Of a stretch of DNA of 64,000 nucleotides, positions 52,946 to 63,500 are shown piece by piece. The stretch is from the NCBI GenBank assembly GCA_900316505.1, contig ONDH01000005.1, forward strand, positions 48,053 to 112,052. Direction: 5' to 3'. The number at the start of each line of letters is the position of its first letter. Position 1 is the first letter of the stretch. The position numbers and the translations under genes were made by a program. The DNA comes from an uncultured Prevotellaceae bacterium (GTDB taxonomy: Bacteria > Bacteroidota > Bacteroidia > Bacteroidales > Bacteroidaceae). Under the pieces are notes generated by a model that saw only the letters and a list, made by a program, of their open reading frames with translations, did not search any database and had not been told where the DNA came from.

Positions 52946-53662
52946 TTATAAAGCTGCAAGCCCTTTCATCACTAAATAAGGATCGAAAGTGATGGGGCAT
53001 TCGATGTCATCAGCGAAATGGAAGGTGTTGCCACCTGTAATAAAGACATGTAAGTCTGCATATTCTCTAGCAAACTGACGGATATAGCCCTCTATTTCAA
53101 AACGTGCACCATTGACTGCAGCAGAAAGCATATGGGTACGGGTGTCATATCCCAGAAGCATCGCCTCTGGTTCTGCCTCAATTTGTGGAAGTAAAGCGGT
53201 ATGTTCATGCATGGCATTGAGTCTCAACTGCACACCCGGAGAGATTGCCCCACCCAAGAGACGACCATCTGCTGAGAAAAGGTCGTAGGTAATACAAGTA
53301 CCTGCATCTATAATCAACAAGGTATGATCGGGGTCTTGGACAATGGCACCGATATCTGCCGCCCAGCGGTCTGCCCCATAAGTGGCAGGAACGTCCGCAA
53401 TGGGCTTGGCAGGACAAGGAACTGAGGAGGTAAGCCAAATCACTGGAATTTTAAGAGCCTCCAATGACGACTGCAACTCCAAATCTTCTTCTGCTACCGT
53501 GGAAAGACGCACATCATTAATAGGGAACATTGCCATGAGTCGAGCAAAGGTTTCCTTCCACGACTCATGACGACGTTCGAAATGCACGATGTCCGTACCC
53601 ATCACTGCCAACTTGGCGGATGTGTTTCCTATGTCTATCAGCAGTTTCATACCGTTCTCCAT
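52946..53662 (-). CDS. coaX: Type III pantothenate kinase
   Basis: KLLIDIGNTSAKLAV and ASKHA-fold sequence character. The first ATG is at 53662, with an alternative at 53650. The track start at 53668 is TTG. Confidence 0.85.
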   Translation of the reverse strand: MENGMKLLIDIGNTSAKLAVMGTDIVHFERRHESWKETFARLMAMFPINDVRLSTVAEEDLELQSSLEALKIPVIWLTSSVPCPAKPIADVPATYGADRWAADIGAIVQDPDHTLLIIDAGTCITYDLFSADGRLLGGAISPGVQLRLNAMHEHTALLPQIEAEPEAMLLGYDTRTHMLSAAVNGARFEIEGYIRQFAREYADLHVFITGGNTFHFADDIECPITFDPYLVMKGLAAL

Positions 53663-53680
53663 TGTCAACTGTCAGCTATA

Positions 53681-55621
53681 TTACCAGGAGCCGCCACCGC
53701 CTCCACCTCCGCCACCACCGGAGAATCCACCACCGCCGCTGCTGCCACCATGACTGGAACTGTCATGACTGACGACATTGATGGCACTCTTGGTGGAAGA
53801 AAAGAGGTTGTCAACCATGTGTGAAGTGAAATCATAACCATAAAGCGGAGTTGCGGTCTTGTACCACTCAGGCTGCTGCACCTCAATGTCCTTGAAGAGT
53901 TTTGTCCACTTGTTGGTAAGTCCTAACACCATCGCATAGGGCAGTATCTTATAGAAATATTCAGGGTCATCATTCTGCAAGGCTTCCAAGCGCGATTTCT
54001 CAGCTGTCTTGATAAATTCCTTAAAGCCTAAAAGGCGTCCTGCCATCTGCACCCGATAGTCGGTATCAACATTGAATCGCCCAATGAATTCGCCCAAGAT
54101 GAAGCAAACAACGAACATGGCGATAGAAGCCTCCATCCCCATCGGAGCACCATAGGCCCGGATTTCTGCCACATAGAGCCAGCACAACAGCACCATCGTC
54201 ATCAACTTGACGATGAAAATCAGCACTTGTTTCCACTTGCTGCCAAAAAGATCTTTGTCGCTGTCATACAGACGGAAGCCAACACCCAATATAAAAGGAA
54301 CGCTCCATAAAAAGGCTGCCAAAATCCACTCATTGAAATCAAAGGTCTCAATAACGGAATTAGTGCCAAACACGCAAGTTGTGGACAGTAGTAGCAAGAA
54401 GTAGAAGAAAATTGGCAACTCATAGGAGGATAAAGACTTATCCCCTCTAAAGTTCTTTTTCAGTTCTTCCTTAAATTTGTCCACTGCAGAAGGGCTCTCT
54501 TTCATATGGCTTAGATTAACAGTCTGATTGTTCTTGAACAGCAAGTACATCATCTTCTTTTGATACTCGGGAGCATCATCAGGAAGATCCTTGAGTTTCG
54601 TCAAAACCATCTCCGTTCTCTTCAACAACGAACCTTTCTCCTTCTCCTCGATACTGATGTAGCCCTTGCCTGCAAACCAAGGAATCAAAGATGCCATGTC
54701 AACAGCATCCACACTATCATCAATAATAGTACCCACCTCCGCACTACTGATGCCTTCAGGAGGATAGAACTCAATCACCTTGACGGGTTTCTTCCCTTTC
54801 GTCTTGAACAAATAATAGACAATCAGTACAATCAGCATGACGGAAAGACCGAAGCTGATGTAGTGGAGCACATGGTTGGCAGACAACACGTTCTCATAAT
54901 ACCCTTCGGGAAGTTTCGCATAGAGAGTGACGCCATGGTTAGGTGGAATGTTCAGAGCAGCGCCACGAATAAAATTACGATTAGCCTTGACAATCAAACC
55001 CTCCACAGCATTATCCGTATTACCATAAGCACCGCTATACACTTCCAGTCGGTTCTGGATGTCGGCTGGCAATTGTTTCTCAAACTCCACTTTGAAACGG
55101 AAGGTGTCAATACGTTCATTGAAGTCTGTGCCTAAAATGGTGTGGAAAAGGTAGTCGTAATTGGGACGACGGTCATCACGATAGATGTACTTATAATGAA
55201 TCACATATCGATGGTCACCTGTCACCTCATGCCACTCACTGCCTATACGAATGACACAGTTACTGTCATCACTGTCTTCAGTGGTATAATCACCGCCTTC
55301 CACCTTTACACCTTCCACATCACTCCGATACTGGAAAGTTCTCCAATCTTGAACTACCTGCCCCTGAATCATTTTCGGGTCATTACCCTCATCAAGAGAC
55401 ACATCGTGTTGCAAAGAGAAGGATAGTGGTATGTAGCGATAGATACCATGGCGTGGTTCTTCGAAGAACACGTCTATAGTTTCTGTAATGTCCCAAACAT
55501 TATCTTGGTGCACCACAGCATCAACACGGAAACTCTTGTAGTAAAAACCACCTCTGTCCGCTCTTACTGCCATCGTGGCGAACAAGAGAGCCATCAACCA
55601 TATAAATCTGCTTTTTGTCAT
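53681..55621 (-). CDS. DUF2207-family membrane protein with a poly-Gly C-terminus
   Basis: Signal peptide, extracytoplasmic N-domain, TM segments, and C-terminus GGSSGGGGFSGGGGGGGGGGSW. It is adjacent to lemA, as is typical. Confidence 0.75.
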   Translation of the reverse strand: MTKSRFIWLMALLFATMAVRADRGGFYYKSFRVDAVVHQDNVWDITETIDVFFEEPRHGIYRYIPLSFSLQHDVSLDEGNDPKMIQGQVVQDWRTFQYRSDVEGVKVEGGDYTTEDSDDSNCVIRIGSEWHEVTGDHRYVIHYKYIYRDDRRPNYDYLFHTILGTDFNERIDTFRFKVEFEKQLPADIQNRLEVYSGAYGNTDNAVEGLIVKANRNFIRGAALNIPPNHGVTLYAKLPEGYYENVLSANHVLHYISFGLSVMLIVLIVYYLFKTKGKKPVKVIEFYPPEGISSAEVGTIIDDSVDAVDMASLIPWFAGKGYISIEEKEKGSLLKRTEMVLTKLKDLPDDAPEYQKKMMYLLFKNNQTVNLSHMKESPSAVDKFKEELKKNFRGDKSLSSYELPIFFYFLLLLSTTCVFGTNSVIETFDFNEWILAAFLWSVPFILGVGFRLYDSDKDLFGSKWKQVLIFIVKLMTMVLLCWLYVAEIRAYGAPMGMEASIAMFVVCFILGEFIGRFNVDTDYRVQMAGRLLGFKEFIKTAEKSRLEALQNDDPEYFYKILPYAMVLGLTNKWTKLFKDIEVQQPEWYKTATPLYGYDFTSHMVDNLFSSTKSAINVVSHDSSSHGGSSGGGGFSGGGGGGGGGGSW

Positions 55622-55625
55622 ATTT

Positions 55626-56174
55626 TTACAATTTCACATCCACGACCTTACGTTCTTGTTCACTCTCAACCTGATACATAGGCAATGCCTTAAAGCCAAA
55701 CACACCTGCGATGAGATTGAAGGGGAACATCTGACATTTGTTGTTGTACTCCCTGACACTGCCATTGTAATAACGACGGGAGAATGCAATTTCTTCCTCC
55801 ATCTTGGAAAGACGTTCCTGTAGGTCCAAGAAATTGGTATTTGCTTTCAAATCAGGATATTTCTCCACCACGACCAATAATGATTGGAGGGCATCACCAA
55901 TCTTCACTTCGCTGTCAATGGCAGTATTCAAGTCACCCTTTTGCGCGTTCACACGCATCTTGGTCACCTCCTGAAGCGTATCCGTCTCATGTTTGGCATA
56001 GCCTTTCACTATGTCCACCAAATTTGGTATAAGATCATATCGCTTCTTCAGATAGACATCCATCGTGGAGAAAGCCTCTTTCACCTTGTTGCGTAACTGA
56101 ATCAAGCTATTATATGTAACAAGCACTAAAACAAAGAGTACAACGACAACACCAATAATGATATACATAACCAT
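55626..56174 (-). CDS. lemA: LemA-family protein
   Basis: N-terminal TM helix plus LemA-like sequence (YNSLIQLRNKVKEAFS...RRYYNGSVREYN). Confidence 0.85.
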   Translation of the reverse strand: MVMYIIIGVVVVLFVLVLVTYNSLIQLRNKVKEAFSTMDVYLKKRYDLIPNLVDIVKGYAKHETDTLQEVTKMRVNAQKGDLNTAIDSEVKIGDALQSLLVVVEKYPDLKANTNFLDLQERLSKMEEEIAFSRRYYNGSVREYNNKCQMFPFNLIAGVFGFKALPMYQVESEQERKVVDVKL

Positions 56175-56193
56175 AATATCTATTCTTTTATAT

Positions 56194-57594
56194 TTATGAA
56201 TTCATATCTTTTTCTATAAATTGAATCAGCCGGTCTACTGCCTCTGCTTCTGGAATATTCTTCTCGATGCACAACTTCTTTTTGTAAAGCGAAACCTTAC
56301 CAACGCCTGCACCCACGTAACCGTAATCTGCATCAGCCATCTCACCCGGTCCATTCACGATACAGCCCATAATGCCAATCTTTAAGGTGGCAAAACGTTT
56401 GTCGGTCTTGGCGCGTTGACTTACTGCGGCACGTATTTTGGCAATGGTCTCCTCCAAGTTATACAACGTACGTCCGCAACCCGGGCAACTGATGTATTCT
56501 GTCTTCGTGAATTTGATGCGAGCTGCTTGTAAGATGGCATCTGCCAGCTCTGTCAACTTTTCATCGGTGAAACCGTTATTCTTGATGACCAGTTGATGTG
56601 CCAATTGATCGATGAAAAGAGCACCGACAGTCATGGCGGCCTTCAATTGCAAGTCTTCCCAATTCGTCTCATGAAACTCAACCTCAATTGTATCGTTGAC
56701 AATCGCATTCCTTGCCTTTTCACGAAGAATAGCACATTCCTCGATAGAATCGACCAGTTTCCTTGCCACTGGTATCTCCTTCTCTGGAGCTTCAGACAAA
56801 GAAACACGGATGGTGTCTCCGATGCCTTCGCAGAGCAAAGCCCCGATGCCCACAGCACTCTTGATGCGTCCGTCCTCACCTTCGCCAGCCTCTGTCACAC
56901 CGAGATGCAGCGGGAAAGCCATGCCTTCTTTCTCCATCTCCTTCACCAACAAGCGCACAGTACGCACCATCACCACGGTATTGCTCGCCTTGATAGATAT
57001 GACAACATCCTTGAATTGCTCCCGCACACAGATACGCAGAAACTCCATGCACGATTCCACCATCCCTTCGGGCGTGTCACCATAGCGCGACATGATGCGG
57101 TCACTCAGCGAACCATGATTCACGCCAATGCGAATGGCAGTGTGATGCTCTTTGCAGATGTTGAGGAACGGCACAAGACGTTCCTCAATTTTCTTGATTT
57201 CATCAGCATATTCAGCATCGGTATAGTCCAATTTCTTAAATGTGCGTGCGGGATCCACATAGTTGCCAGGATTGACACGCACTTTCTCGCAAATGGTGGC
57301 AGCTGTGTCCGCTACAGCAGCGTTAAAGTGTACGTCAGCCACCAGAGGCACCAAGTAACCATCAGCACGCAGAGCATCGCTGATATTGCGCATATTGAGG
57401 GCTTCTCGCTGTCCTTGAGTGGTGAAACGCACGATTTCACCTCCTGCATCCACGATGCGCTTCGCCTGTGCCACCGAACCCTCAGTGTCCATCGTCGAGG
57501 TATTCGCCATCGACTGCACACGGATGGGATAGGCACTGCCAAGCAGCACTTTGCCGACTTTCACCTCTATGGTTTTCCTTCTCTGATAAGCCAT
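56194..57594 (-). CDS. ispG: 4-hydroxy-3-methylbut-2-en-1-yl diphosphate synthase
   Basis: N-terminal TIM-barrel half (VRVQSMANT...). The C-terminal Fe-S half carries CPGCGRT and GCIVNGPGE. Confidence 0.9.
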   Translation of the reverse strand: MAYQRRKTIEVKVGKVLLGSAYPIRVQSMANTSTMDTEGSVAQAKRIVDAGGEIVRFTTQGQREALNMRNISDALRADGYLVPLVADVHFNAAVADTAATICEKVRVNPGNYVDPARTFKKLDYTDAEYADEIKKIEERLVPFLNICKEHHTAIRIGVNHGSLSDRIMSRYGDTPEGMVESCMEFLRICVREQFKDVVISIKASNTVVMVRTVRLLVKEMEKEGMAFPLHLGVTEAGEGEDGRIKSAVGIGALLCEGIGDTIRVSLSEAPEKEIPVARKLVDSIEECAILREKARNAIVNDTIEVEFHETNWEDLQLKAAMTVGALFIDQLAHQLVIKNNGFTDEKLTELADAILQAARIKFTKTEYISCPGCGRTLYNLEETIAKIRAAVSQRAKTDKRFATLKIGIMGCIVNGPGEMADADYGYVGAGVGKVSLYKKKLCIEKNIPEAEAVDRLIQFIEKDMNS

Positions 57595-57614
57595 ATTCTT
57601 TAATTATACAAAGA

Positions 57615-58124
57615 TTAGTTGCATTTATAGGCAAACTTCACCTCCTTCAATTCTGCATTTGCTTTCTCTATCTTCTGACGAAGTCCGTTCTTGTAAGCAG
57701 CGAACTTCTCTGCCAAAGCCTCATCGGAAAGTGCCAACATTTGTACAGCAAGAATTCCTGCATTGAGGGAACCATTGATAGCAACCGTTGCTACAGGAAT
57801 TCCAGGAGGCATCTGCAGCATCGAATAAACGGCATCCATACCATCCAGCACACTTCCTTTCACAGGCACACCGATGACAGGCAGTGTGGTGCTGGCAGCA
57901 ATCACACCCGGCAGAGCGGCAGCCATGCCTGCACCAGCAATGATAACCTTAATGCCACGCTCCTTAGCGCCCTTGGCAAAAGCCTCCACCGCATCAGGTG
58001 TGCGGTGAGCGGAAAGTGCGTTAATTTCGAACGGTATCTCCATTTCATCGAAAAACTTGGCAGCCTTTTCCATCACAGGGAGGTCAGAGGTGCTGCCCAT
58101 AATGATTGACACGATTGGTTTCAT
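57615..58124 (-). CDS. purE: N5-carboxyaminoimidazole ribonucleotide mutase
   Basis: SIIMGSTSDLPVM and AGMAAALPGV. The ATG is at 58124 (the track start at 58130 is TTG). Confidence 0.9.
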   Translation of the reverse strand: MKPIVSIIMGSTSDLPVMEKAAKFFDEMEIPFEINALSAHRTPDAVEAFAKGAKERGIKVIIAGAGMAAALPGVIAASTTLPVIGVPVKGSVLDGMDAVYSMLQMPPGIPVATVAINGSLNAGILAVQMLALSDEALAEKFAAYKNGLRQKIEKANAELKEVKFAYKCN

Positions 58125-58168
58125 ATTCAATTATCTTTACTAAAGTTTCGCATGCTTCACTTTCTTGT

Positions 58169-58291
58169 AGTTATCGAAGTTATAGAAGTTATCGCTTCGC
58201 TCGAAGTGAGCGACGTTTGTTATGTTTATGTCCTTCTCGTTGCCAGGTATCGTCGTTTACTTCGTTAACTCCATTAACTTCGTCACTTCCG
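58169..58291. repeat. Intergenic palindromic element with 9-mer-repeat arms and a GTTATCGCTTCGCTC core
   Basis: Left arm agttatcga agttataga agttatcgc (58169-58195). The core is at 58188-58214. Right arm tttacttcg ttaactcca ttaacttcg tcacttccg (58256-58291). Confidence 0.8.
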
Positions 58292-58317
58292 AAAGTTGAG
58301 TTATTTTTATTAATTAA

Positions 58318-58941
58318 TTACATCCAACTGATCAATATAAATGTCATCGTACAAATATAACCTATACCAAAACCCACCAACACTTGTGCAAGACTATGCT
58401 GTCGCAATATGATTCGGCTGGTTCCCAATATTCCCGAAATGAGAAGTAAGGCACAAAATGGCCATATTGGATTGTAGAAAAAAAGAATGCTGAATGCGTT
58501 CAAGGCTCCAACCAATCCCCCCATTCCCACCATATGTGTACTGATTTTCCACCAAGCATTGATAACAACGCAGACAATCTGACATATCAGTGCAGACATC
58601 ACCACCCCACGAAAAAACATCGCCGTGTTCATCTTCGTCATGATGACCAGACATGCTCCATAACTCAACAAAGTGACAAGATAAGGCATATGACGGTGTT
58701 CACGGTGACTCAATTCCAAATGTGTCCATTTCTTGAACAGACGGAAAGTCGTAATTCCCAAGGTAGGCACAAACGCCGTAAAGAAATATACCAAACCGAG
58801 AATAAACAATTTATATCCCCATGGTAACATTCTCATATAACTGAACAAGAATAGGCCGAAGAACACCCACATTGGAGCGTACAACGGCATGAAAAGCGTC
58901 GAAAACACTTTCGCAATCTTAATCAGTTTTTTATTATTCAT
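58318..58941 (-). CDS. PAP2-superfamily membrane phosphatase-like protein
   Basis: Polytopic protein with PAP2-like motifs ISTHMVG and TSRIILRQHSLAQV. The ATG is at 58941 (the track start at 58959 is GTG). Confidence 0.6.
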   Translation of the reverse strand: MNNKKLIKIAKVFSTLFMPLYAPMWVFFGLFLFSYMRMLPWGYKLFILGLVYFFTAFVPTLGITTFRLFKKWTHLELSHREHRHMPYLVTLLSYGACLVIMTKMNTAMFFRGVVMSALICQIVCVVINAWWKISTHMVGMGGLVGALNAFSILFFYNPIWPFCALLLISGILGTSRIILRQHSLAQVLVGFGIGYICTMTFILISWM

Positions 58942-58969
58942 GAGCGTTATTATCCACACATTTATGCGT

Positions 58970-60478
58970 TCACCCTCGGCGGCTATTCACCGCAGGAATT
59001 CCCATCTCCGCACGATACTTGGCAACTGTACGACGAGCTAACGTCACTCCTTTTTGTTTCATCAGTTCCACCAATCTGTCATCAGAATATGGATTCATTT
59101 TGTCTTCTGTGTCAACTAATTCCTGCAACATCTCTCGCACTCTTCGTCCATCAATCTCTTCTCCTACCGCATTCTTACGAGTCAACTTGAAGAACTCAGA
59201 CAACGGATAAATGCGCCCATCCAATAAAGCACACTTGGAATTGCACACACGAGAAATCGTTGACACGTCATAACCAGACCTCTTGGCAACATCCTCCAAC
59301 ACCAAACGAACCTTATCATCCTCGTCTTTTGTCAAAATGAACGTACGTTGCAAGTCAATGATTGCTTTCATAGTCTCATAGAGTGTCCGGCGTCGCTGTT
59401 TCACTGATTCAATAAACATCTGCGCCGCCTCAATCTTCTGCCGAGTATAGGCCATCCCTTCTTTCTCACTGCGCGTCAACTTGGAAGGACGAGACTGAAG
59501 CACCCTCAATTGATGAATGTAATCGCCACTCACATGAAGGCGAGGAACTTCCCCACCATTCAACCGCATCTCGATATTTCCTTCGGGGTCAGTTTCCACG
59601 ATAAAATCGGGTATTTGTGTTTGCACACGGTCTGCTGTTGACTCACTGAGCGCAAAACCTGGATTCACATTCAGTTTTCTGATCTCCTCAAACAGCGCGT
59701 CCACTTGTATAGAAGAAATGCCAAGTTTATTCTTGAGTCTTTCCTTATTTTTATTGATGAACAAATCATAATGATGGGCAATAATCTCCCTCTCCAAGAG
59801 AAGAATCCGCTTTTTCAAATCGGAAACTGTTTTCTCCTCATTGTCCAATTGGCGATCTATCTGCAGGAGCAGACATTCTTGCGTTGAACGAGCACCAATA
59901 CCCGCAGGATCGAAGCTCTGTAAGATATGCAGAACTCTCTCCACCTCTTGTTCTGACACATAAAGATATTCCTTAAACGCCAATTCATCTGTTATTGTCG
60001 CTATCGACCTGTCAATAAAGCCCCTATTGTCCAATGAGCCTATCAAATATCGCAACATCTTCTCTTCCTCTTCACTCAAATCGTAATTCATCATCTGCGA
60101 CTCTAAATATTCAATGAAAGAGCCGCTGTCGCCGAGAGGCAATTCATTGCGTTCCGTTACTCCACTTCCTGAGGTATAGACTGGTAAATCATCATCACTA
60201 TACATCGACAAATTCGCGATATTCTCATTATCCATGTCGCTATAGGGGTCTATTCCAGTGTCGTTATTCCCCAATTCATCGACAGATTCGCCCACATTAT
60301 CCCTTTCTTCTGGTGCGCCCTCTTCCAATGCGGGATTATCCACCAATTCTTTTTTCACCTGTTGTTCAAATTCAGCAATAGGCATCTCCAACAACCTGAC
60401 CGCTTGAAGCTGCTGCTGTGATAGCCGAAGTTGCTGTTCCGTCTTCTGAGTCTGTATTTGAGTTAGTCTCTGCGACAT
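58970..60478 (-). CDS. rpoN: RNA polymerase sigma-54 factor
   Basis: Gln/Leu-rich N-terminus, an acidic region, and the C-terminal RpoN box ARRTVAKYR. Confidence 0.92.
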   Translation of the reverse strand: MSQRLTQIQTQKTEQQLRLSQQQLQAVRLLEMPIAEFEQQVKKELVDNPALEEGAPEERDNVGESVDELGNNDTGIDPYSDMDNENIANLSMYSDDDLPVYTSGSGVTERNELPLGDSGSFIEYLESQMMNYDLSEEEEKMLRYLIGSLDNRGFIDRSIATITDELAFKEYLYVSEQEVERVLHILQSFDPAGIGARSTQECLLLQIDRQLDNEEKTVSDLKKRILLLEREIIAHHYDLFINKNKERLKNKLGISSIQVDALFEEIRKLNVNPGFALSESTADRVQTQIPDFIVETDPEGNIEMRLNGGEVPRLHVSGDYIHQLRVLQSRPSKLTRSEKEGMAYTRQKIEAAQMFIESVKQRRRTLYETMKAIIDLQRTFILTKDEDDKVRLVLEDVAKRSGYDVSTISRVCNSKCALLDGRIYPLSEFFKLTRKNAVGEEIDGRRVREMLQELVDTEDKMNPYSDDRLVELMKQKGVTLARRTVAKYRAEMGIPAVNSRRG

Positions 60479-60496
60479 TCAGATGTTATTTTTTTG

Positions 60497-60504
60497 CAAA
60501 GTTA
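60497..60504 (-). promoter_or_regulatory. -7 box TAACTTTG upstream of rpoN
   Basis: The plus strand reads caaagtta, 19 nt from the ATG. Confidence 0.4.
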
Positions 60505-60548
60505 GACAAAAACAAGCATTAAACAACAAAAGGAATGAAAAAAATGAT

Positions 60549-60556
60549 TATCTTTG
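60549..60556 (+). promoter_or_regulatory. -7 box TATCTTTG upstream of dnaE
   Basis: Exact TAnnTTTG match, 18 nt from the ATG at 60574. Confidence 0.4.
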
Positions 60557-60573
60557 CACGAAAATAAGAGCAC

Positions 60574-63500
60574 ATGGAAGATTTCATACATTTACATGTA
60601 CACACCCAATATAGCATCCTTGACGGACAGGCTGCCATTCCCAAGTTGGTGGATAAAGCCATCAAGAACGGAATGCGTGGAATGGCTGTGACCGACCACG
60701 GCAACATGTTCGGCATCAAGGAACTATTCAACTACTGCAACAAGGTGAACAAGGGCAAATCAGACGAAGAGAAATTCAAGCCCATCTTCGGCTGCGAGGT
60801 ATATTGTGCACGTCGAGATCTTCATTCCAAGGAGAACAATGCCCTTGATAAGAGTGGTTGGCACTTGATTCTGTTAGCTAAAAACGAGGTAGGATACCAC
60901 AATCTGATCAAAATTGTTAGTGAGGCATGGGTTGATGGCTATTATCACCGACCACGTACCGACCACAAGTCTATTGAGAAGCACCACGAAGGAATTATTG
61001 CCTCTTCGGCATGCTTGGCAGGCGAAATTCCACGATACATCAAGAATGGGCAAATTGATGAAGCAGAAAAATCCATCGAATGGTTCAAAAGCGTTTTTGG
61101 TGACGACTTCTATATCGAATTGATGCGCCATGAGGTGAAAGACCCCATGCAACGTGCCAATCGTGACACGTTCAAAGAACAGAAGGCCATTGAGCCGACT
61201 TTGATTGAACTGGCACGCAAGCACAACGTGAAGATTATCTGTACGAACGATTCCCATTTTGTCGATGAAGATAATGCGGAAGCACACGACCGCCTGCTAT
61301 GCCTCTCCACCGGTAAAGACTTAGACGATCCCAACCGCATGCTTTACAGCAAGCAGGAATGGTTCAAGACTCGGGAAGAAATGAATGAAGTCTTCAAGGA
61401 TATTCCAGAGGCATTGAGCAACACGATAGAGATTCTCAACAAAGTAGAGACTTATAATATCGACCATGCCCCTATCATGCCTTTCTTTGCAATCCCTGAA
61501 GAGTTCGGCACAGAAGAGGAATGGCGTAAAAAATTTACGGAAGAGGACATTTTCAACGAGTTCACCCGCGATGAGAATGGTAACGTGGTACTGACTCCAG
61601 AAGAAGCAGAAAAGAAAATCAAGAAGCTCGGTGGAATTGACAAGTTGTATCGCATCAAGTTTGAAGCCGACTACTTGAAAAAGATTACCTATGACGGTGC
61701 CAAACGCCTCTATGGCGATCCCATCCCTGATGACGTGAAGACGCTGCTTGATTTCGAGTTACACGTCATGAAAACCATGGGTTTCCCTGGTTATTTCCTC
61801 ATTGTGCAAGACTTCATCAACTCTGCCCAAAAGGAACTAGGTGTATGGGTGGGACCTGGACGTGGCTCTGCCGCCGGAAGCGCAGTGGCTTATTGTTTAG
61901 GAATCACTAAGATAGACCCCATAAAATACGACCTGCTGTTCGAGCGTTTCTTGAATCCCGACCGTATTTCGTTACCCGATATTGATACCGACTTTGATGA
62001 CGACGGACGTGGAAAAGTGCTGCAATGGGTAACCGAGAAATATGGCGCGGAAAAAGTGGCTCACATCATCACGTATGGTACGATGGCGACAAAACTTGCC
62101 ATCAAGGATGTCGCACGCGTGCAGAAAGTCCCTTTAGCGACGGTGAACGCTCTATGCAAGGCCATTCCCGACAGATTACCCAACGGCAAAAAGATGAACT
62201 TGGCAAATGCCATCGAATGTGTGCCTGAACTAAAAGATGCCGCCACCTCACCCGACCCGCTGTTAAGAGACACGATGCGGTTTGCACAAATGTTGGAAAA
62301 CAACGTCAGAAATACAGGTGTGCATGCTTGCGGAACAATCATTTGCCGTGATGCCATTGACGATTGGGTGCCAGTAAGCACTGCTGACGACAAGGAAACA
62401 GGAGAGAAACTGCGTTGCACCCAATACGACGGTCATGTCATTGAGGAAACGGGTCTCATCAAGATGGACTTCCTCGGATTAAAGACACTTTCTCAACTAA
62501 AAGAGGCTGCGGCAAATGTCAAGGAGAGTTTGGGTATAGACCTTGATGTGAACCAATTCGACATTCAGGACCCTGCCACCTATCAGCTTTATTGCGATGG
62601 GCGAACAGTCGGCACATTCCAATTTGAATCAGCAGGTATGCAGAAATACCTTCGCGAATTACAACCGAATGTGTTCGAGGACTTGATAGCCATGAATGCC
62701 CTCTATCGCCCCGGTCCAATGGACTATATTCCCGATTTCATCGAAAGAAAACAGGGACGAAAGCCCATCGAGTACGATATTCCTTGCATGGAGAAATACC
62801 TCAAGGACACTTACGGAATCACAGTCTATCAGGAACAGGTGATGTTACTCTCCCGCCAGTTGGCAGATTTTACACGCGGTGAAAGCGATGCGCTACGTAA
62901 GGCGATGGGTAAGAAGAAGAAGGACATCGTTGATGCGATGAAACCGAAGTTTATTGAAGGGGGCGTAAAGAATGGGCATGACCCAAAGATTCTGGATAAG
63001 ATATGGAGTGACTGGGAAAAGTTTGCCTCGTATGCATTCAACAAATCGCATGCCACCTGCTACTCATGGGTGGCATACCAGACTGCATACATGAAAGCCA
63101 ATTTCCCTCCGTATTTCATGGCAGCTGTCATGAGCCGTTCACTCGACAACATCACCGAAATACGTAAACTCATGGACGAGTGCAAGCAGATGGGCATCAA
63201 CACCTTGGGACCAGATGTCAATGAGTCACGCCATAAGTTCTCCGTCAACTCCAAAGGTGACATCCGTTTTGGTATGGCAGCTATCAAAGGGGTTGGTGAA
63301 GCAGCTGTTTCCGCCATCATTGAGGAACGTGAAAAGAATGGAGCCTACACGTCCATCTTCGATTTTGTTGAACGCGTAAATCTCTCGCAGTGTAATAAGA
63401 AAAATATTGAGAATCTGGTCATCGCAGGAGCATTTGACAGTTTCCAAAACATTAGCCGTGAGAGCTTCTTCGCCCCATGTTCTCGCCAAGGTGAAACTTT

